DNA of 64,000 bases, taken from assembly GCA_965203905.1 (NCBI GenBank), contig CBDBDQ010000005.1:1472001-1536000 (forward strand), written 5' to 3'. Positions 59,386-64,000 of this stretch are shown piece by piece; positions within the stretch are counted from its first letter, which is position 1, and the number at the start of each line of letters is the position of its first letter. The notes beneath the pieces are model-generated. The model saw only the letters and a list, made by a program, of their open reading frames with translations, was not told the origin of the DNA and ran no database searches. The translations under genes and the position numbers were made by a program. Origin of the DNA: Spirochaetia bacterium (GTDB lineage: Bacteria > Spirochaetota > Spirochaetia > SZUA-6 > Bin103).

Positions 59386-61296
59386 CTAGCGGTCGCCGGT
59401 GGGCGCCGTGGTGCGTCCGGAGCGGTACATCCCCAGCAGGCGGTAACTGGCCGCGGCGGCGCGCACCTGCTCCATTGCCCGCTCGAACTCACCGCGCTCG
59501 GGCGGCAGGTCCAGATCGACGTAGAACATGTACTCCCAGGGACGGCCCGGGATCGGCCGCGACTCCAGTTTCTTCATGTTGAGATTGCGATCGGCCAGCA
59601 CCTGCAGCACCTGGAACAGGCTGCCCGGCTCGTCGCGGGCGGAGAACACGATGGAGGCGCGGGTGGGATCCACCACGGCGGCGTGGTCGTCGCGCGCGAG
59701 AACCACGAACCGGGTGTAGTTGCGGATGTTGGTCTCGATTCCCTCCGCCAGCACGCTCATGCCGTGCTCGCGAGCCGCCGCGGCGCCGGCCAGGGCCGCC
59801 TGGGCCACGTCGCCGGACCGCGCCACCTCCGCCACCGCGCCGGCGGTGTCGTAGAACGCCACTTCTTCCCACTCGGGAAACCCGGCCAGGAACTGCGCGC
59901 ACTGCGCCAGCCCCTGCGGGTGGGAGAGCACCCGGCGGATCTGCGCGGTGGTGGCGCCGGGTACCGCGATCAGGCACCAGACGATGCGGGTGGTGATCTC
60001 GCCGACGATCCTGATGTCGGGAAATTGCAGCAGCAGGTCGTAGTTCTGGTGAATCGAGCCGGTAAGCGAGTTCTCGATCGGCAGCATGCCGTAGTCCACC
60101 GAACCGTCCAGCACCATTCGGAACACGTCTGCGAACTCGCGTCCCGGCACTGACTGCGGATGGGAGAAGTAACGGCGGATGGCGTTCTCGCTGTGGGCGC
60201 CGCGCTCGCCCTGAAACGCCACCGAAACGGTATCGGCATGGGCCGCGGACGCCGACTGCCGCGGGCGATCGGATCTCGGCAGCCGCGTCACCTCCTTGCC
60301 CAGCACCGGCGCCAGCCGCTCGATGTCGCGCATCAGCTTCTCGAACTGGGAAGGGAACAGGGACTGGGGGCCGTCGGAGAGGGCGGCCTCGGGATCGGGA
60401 TGCACCTCCACCAGAATGCCGTCGGCGCCGGCCGCCACCGCCGCCAGGGCCATCGGCCCGACCTTGTCGCGCATGCCGGTGCCGTGGCTGGGGTCGACGA
60501 AGATCGGCAGGTGGCTGAGCTTCTTGACCACCGGGATCGCCGACAGGTCGAGCGTGTTGCGGGTATAGGTCTCGAAGGTACGAATGCCGCGCTCGCACAG
60601 AATCACCGCGTCGGTGCCGTGCGCCAGCAGGTACTCGGCGGACATCAGCAGATCCTCGATGGTGGCGGCCAGACCGCGTTTGAGCAGCACCGGCTTGCCC
60701 ACCTCGCCGACCCGCTTGAGGAGCTCGAAGTTCTGCATGTTGCGCGCGCCGATCTGCAGCACGTCCACGCAGTCTTTCAGCAGCGGCAGATACTCGGTCG
60801 ACACCACCTCGGAGACGACCGGCAGCCCATAGCGGTCGCCGGCCTCCTTGAGCAGCTCGATGCCGGGCTGCCCCAGACCCTGAAACGAGTAGGGGGACGT
60901 ACGTGGCTTGAAGGCGCCGCCGCGCAGCCCCACGGCACCCGATTCCCGCAGCAGCGCCGCCACTTCGAAGATCTGTTCGCGCGACTCTACCGCGCAGGGG
61001 CCGGCGAATACCGCCAGCCGTGCGCCGCCCACCTTGACCGGGCCGACGGGGATCTCGGTTTCGTCGCGCTTGAACTCGCGCGAGGCGAGCTTGTAGGGCT
61101 GGCTGAGCGGGACCACCTGCGACACTCCGGGCAGCAGCTCCACCTGGCGGCGATCGATCGGGTCCCCGCCTACCGCCCCGAGCACCGTCTCGCCGTCCTG
61201 GCGCAACTCGCGGATCTGGTAGCGATGTGCCTGGAGATGTTCGCGCACCGAGCGTTTCTGCGACTCGCTAATGCTGCGGTCGAGCACGACGACCAT
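59386..61296 (-). CDS. aroF: Fused DAHP synthase (type I-beta) / prephenate dehydratase with ACT domain
   Basis: AGPCAVES, GGAFKPRTSPY, QIGARNMQN, DPSHGTG, then AFQGERGAHSE, PIENS, SHPQ, NYTRF, LESRP. Confidence 0.93.
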   Translation of the reverse strand: MVVVLDRSISESQKRSVREHLQAHRYQIRELRQDGETVLGAVGGDPIDRRQVELLPGVSQVVPLSQPYKLASREFKRDETEIPVGPVKVGGARLAVFAGPCAVESREQIFEVAALLRESGAVGLRGGAFKPRTSPYSFQGLGQPGIELLKEAGDRYGLPVVSEVVSTEYLPLLKDCVDVLQIGARNMQNFELLKRVGEVGKPVLLKRGLAATIEDLLMSAEYLLAHGTDAVILCERGIRTFETYTRNTLDLSAIPVVKKLSHLPIFVDPSHGTGMRDKVGPMALAAVAAGADGILVEVHPDPEAALSDGPQSLFPSQFEKLMRDIERLAPVLGKEVTRLPRSDRPRQSASAAHADTVSVAFQGERGAHSENAIRRYFSHPQSVPGREFADVFRMVLDGSVDYGMLPIENSLTGSIHQNYDLLLQFPDIRIVGEITTRIVWCLIAVPGATTAQIRRVLSHPQGLAQCAQFLAGFPEWEEVAFYDTAGAVAEVARSGDVAQAALAGAAAAREHGMSVLAEGIETNIRNYTRFVVLARDDHAAVVDPTRASIVFSARDEPGSLFQVLQVLADRNLNMKKLESRPIPGRPWEYMFYVDLDLPPERGEFERAMEQVRAAAASYRLLGMYRSGRTTAPTGDR

Positions 61297-61359
61297 GGCT
61301 GACCCTAGGGAGTGCGCTTTTGGCGTGTCAAGATGCGCGCTGCCGGCTACACTGCAGCG

Positions 61360-61908
61360 GTGCGCAAGTTGATTGTCCAATACGTCAAGGACCTGACCGC
61401 GGGGCGTCTCGCTTCCGGGTTCGAGCACGCCTACCGGGTCTACCACCTGGCGCGGGAGATCGGGGAAGACGAGCAGTACGACGACGACGTACTGCACGCC
61501 GCCTGCTTTCTGCACAACATCGAGATACCGGCACGGCGGCTGGCCGAGGCGGCGGAAAAAGCGGAGCTGATCCTGTCCGAGACCGGCTTCCCGCCGGACC
61601 GCACCCAGTTGGTGATTCAGGCAATCCGCCAGCACCGCCCCGGCAGCCGTCCCTCCACGGTGGAGGGGAAACTGCTGTACGACGCCAACCTGCTCGACAC
61701 CATGGGGGCGATCGGGTTCGCGCGGCTCGCCATCGGCGCCTTCTTCTGGCATCACTACCGGACCATGCAGGAGGTGCTGGACCTGATCCGCGAGCGCCTC
61801 AGCTACGCCGACACCTTCCACTACGAGCGCGCCCGCGCGATGGCCGAACCCAAGGTCGTGTTCATGCGCGAGGCGGTGGCGCAACTGGCGGCGGAACTCG
61901 ACCTCTAG
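61360..61908 (+). CDS. HD-superfamily-like protein (HD replaced by HN)
   Basis: EHAYRV, LHAACFLHNI, LYDANLLDTMGAIGFAR; start uncertain (61312, 61333 or 61360). Confidence 0.8.
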   Translation: MRKLIVQYVKDLTAGRLASGFEHAYRVYHLAREIGEDEQYDDDVLHAACFLHNIEIPARRLAEAAEKAELILSETGFPPDRTQLVIQAIRQHRPGSRPSTVEGKLLYDANLLDTMGAIGFARLAIGAFFWHHYRTMQEVLDLIRERLSYADTFHYERARAMAEPKVVFMREAVAQLAAELDL

Positions 61909-62711
61909 CTAGCACCCTCGGCCGACTCGTCGAAGCCCAGGCCGCGCTGCTTCATGCTGACGAAGCCGCGCGCGCCGATCACCAGGTGATCCTGCAGGTC
62001 GATGTCCATGGTGGCCGCGCTCGCCACCAGCCGGCGCGTGATGCGGATGTCTTCGGGGCTGGGGGTGGGATCGCCCGACGGGTGGTTGTGCACGACGACG
62101 AAGTTGGGGCAGTTCTCCTTGATTGCCGGCCGCAGCACCTCGGCGATGCGCACCGAGGCGGAATTGACCGTTCCCTGGTACACGTGGTGGACCCGCAGCA
62201 CCTCCTGCTTGGTGCTGAGCAGGACGACGCACAGCTTCTCCTGCGCCTGGTGCGCCAACTCCGCACCGATCAGGTTGTAGATGTCCTCGGGGGTGCGGAT
62301 CCGCGCGCGGTCCTCCGGCGCCACGCTGGCGGCGCGGCGCCCCAGTTCCAGCGCGGCGACCACCTGCGCCGCCTTGGCCTCGTTCACGCCTTTGAGGGTG
62401 CAGATCTCCGGCACCGACGCCTGCAGCAGGCCGCGCAGGCCGCAGCACGTGGTCAGCAGCCGGACCGCGAGCGCCAGCACGCTTTCGCCGCGCACGCCGG
62501 TGCGCAGCAGGATCGCGATCAGCTCGGAGTTGGTGAGCGAGCCTGCCCCGAAGGCCAGCAGCCGTTCCCGCGGCCGTTCCGCGCTGGGCAGCTCGCGTAT
62601 CGAGGTCGAGTAGGACGCCGGCTGTGCAGGCGCACGCTCGCCAGGCGGACCTGCGCCGCGGTCGCCGGCTGCGGGCCGACCTCTTGCGGGGGGAGAGACC
62701 GAGGTATGCAT
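61905..62711 (-). CDS. radC: RadC family JAB-domain protein
   Basis: RPRERL, ELIAILLRTG, HNHPSGDPTPSPED, DHLVIG; start uncertain. Confidence 0.93.
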   Translation of the reverse strand: MHTSVSPPARGRPAAGDRGAGPPGERAPAQPASYSTSIRELPSAERPRERLLAFGAGSLTNSELIAILLRTGVRGESVLALAVRLLTTCCGLRGLLQASVPEICTLKGVNEAKAAQVVAALELGRRAASVAPEDRARIRTPEDIYNLIGAELAHQAQEKLCVVLLSTKQEVLRVHHVYQGTVNSASVRIAEVLRPAIKENCPNFVVVHNHPSGDPTPSPEDIRITRRLVASAATMDIDLQDHLVIGARGFVSMKQRGLGFDESAEGAS

Positions 62712-62803
62712 ACGCTCCCTTACAACGGTTCCCGCGGGCGCCGCGCTTTTTGTCACCGCCGCCACCGGTCCCCGAGTACGCGGGTTGCCGGTTACCATGC
62801 ACC

Positions 62804-63706
62804 ATGGGTGAAGAGGCCGGCACCGGTCGGCCCGGCAGCGGCGACATCGCCCGCATCGGTGACCTGGCGGGGCAGCGCGCGGTCGGCTTCCGCCGCGCCA
62901 GCCGCGGCTACACGCCCGCCGAGCGCTGGATCGTGGCGCTGGCAGACGGCTCATGCGTGTTCGCCAAGATCGGCGTCGATCGCAAGACGTCGGCTTGGCT
63001 GCGCACCGAGCAGCGGGTGTATGCCGCCCTGCGGGGCGACTTCATGCCGCAGGTGCGCGCCTGGGACGATGGGGTACGGCCGCTGCTGCTGCTGGAGGAT
63101 CTCAGCACCTGCCGGTGGCCGCCGCCGTGGCACGCCGCGGACGTCGACCGTGTGCTGGCGGCGCTGGCGGAGTTGCGGGCCGCCGACCCCGGCGGCGTGC
63201 TGCCGCCGCTGAGCGTCGCCGACCGCGATCTCGCCGCGAGCTGGCGGCGGGTGGCCGCGGCGCCGGCGCAGTTTCTGTCCCTGGGCCTGGCAACCGGGAG
63301 CTGGCTCGGCCGCAGCGCTCCGTCACTCATCGACGCGGCGGAGAGTGCGCTGCTAGACGGGCCGTATCCCACCCATCAGGACGTGCGCAGCGACAACCTC
63401 TGTTTCCGTGGCGGCCGCGCACTGCTGGTGGACTGGAACCTGGCGGTGCTGGCCCACCCCGACCTCGACATCGCCTTCTGGCTGCCGAGCCTGCATGCCG
63501 AGGGCGGCCCGGCACCGGAGGAGATCCTGCCCAGGGCCGCGCCGCTGGCGGCGGTGATCAGCGGCTTCTTTGCCGAGCGTGCCGGCAAGCCGCCGCTCCC
63601 GACGGCTCCGGGGGTGCGCCGCGTGCAATTGCAGCAGCTGCGCACGGCGCTGCCATGGGCGGCGCGCGCCCTCGGACTGGCGCCGCTCGACGGTCCGGCC
63701 GGGTAG
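62804..63706 (+). CDS. Aminoglycoside phosphotransferase-like kinase
   Basis: VFAK, LLLEDL, HQDVRSDN, LVDW. Confidence 0.85.
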   Translation: MGEEAGTGRPGSGDIARIGDLAGQRAVGFRRASRGYTPAERWIVALADGSCVFAKIGVDRKTSAWLRTEQRVYAALRGDFMPQVRAWDDGVRPLLLLEDLSTCRWPPPWHAADVDRVLAALAELRAADPGGVLPPLSVADRDLAASWRRVAAAPAQFLSLGLATGSWLGRSAPSLIDAAESALLDGPYPTHQDVRSDNLCFRGGRALLVDWNLAVLAHPDLDIAFWLPSLHAEGGPAPEEILPRAAPLAAVISGFFAERAGKPPLPTAPGVRRVQLQQLRTALPWAARALGLAPLDGPAG

Positions 63707-63751
63707 AGGGCCGCCGCGCCCGCAACGGGTTCCCGTCCGGCGCACCAGCAG

Positions 63752-64000
63752 CTACCGGGGATCGGCGCGCTTGCGCCAGCGGTAGTGGCGCGGATCGAAT
63801 CGATAATCGCGCTTTTCCGGCACGGCAGCCGCGTCGGTCACCGGCAACAGGCTGGCGAGATCGGCGCTGGTCGCGGCGAACTCCGGCCGGCCCGCGAGGT
63901 TGGCCTCCTCGTGCGGATCGGCGTCGCGGTCGTAGAGCTCCGCGCCGCCGTCGTGGTAGCGGATGTAGCGCCAGCGGGCGGTGCGCACGGCATGGTTGCC
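63752..64000 (-). CDS. C-terminal part of a sulfatase-like protein (cut by window edge)
   Basis: AVRTARWRYIRY.DG..ELYD...DPHE..NLA motif. Confidence 0.8.
   Translation of the reverse strand, partial: GNHAVRTARWRYIRYHDGGAELYDRDADPHEEANLAGRPEFAATSADLASLLPVTDAAAVPEKRDYRFDPRHYRWRKRADPR

Overview
High-GC bacterial chromosome window spanning the replication origin, most likely from a Spirochaetia member. Evidence for that placement: L34 ends in SVSDEKKPY, a TatT/TatP TPAT transporter is present, tRNA-Arg has anticodon GCG, AroF is fused to PheA, and dnaA-dnaN-recF-dciA-rpmH-rnpA-yidD-yidC-jag are co-directional. Core content: bipartite oriC around dnaA, gyrBA, parAB, a Ser/Arg tRNA cluster with SRP RNA, dnaX-ebfC-recR, gatCAB-aspS and nrdAB, plus several small decayed or accessory patches. 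Best candidate for an undescribed system: a free-standing single-motif LAGLIDADG-fold gene directly upstream of parA-parB, bracketed by two near-identical 30-bp repeats, each a parS site plus an extra half-site. Other notable signals: a perfect sigma-54 promoter in front of an atypical sigma-70-like gene; a class Ic (Mn/Fe-type) RNR operon led by a ribbon-helix-helix gene; a heavily structured gyrB leader; and a lower-GC two-gene island with a frameshift. All calls come from reading the sequence and the supplied ORF track; no database searches were run.
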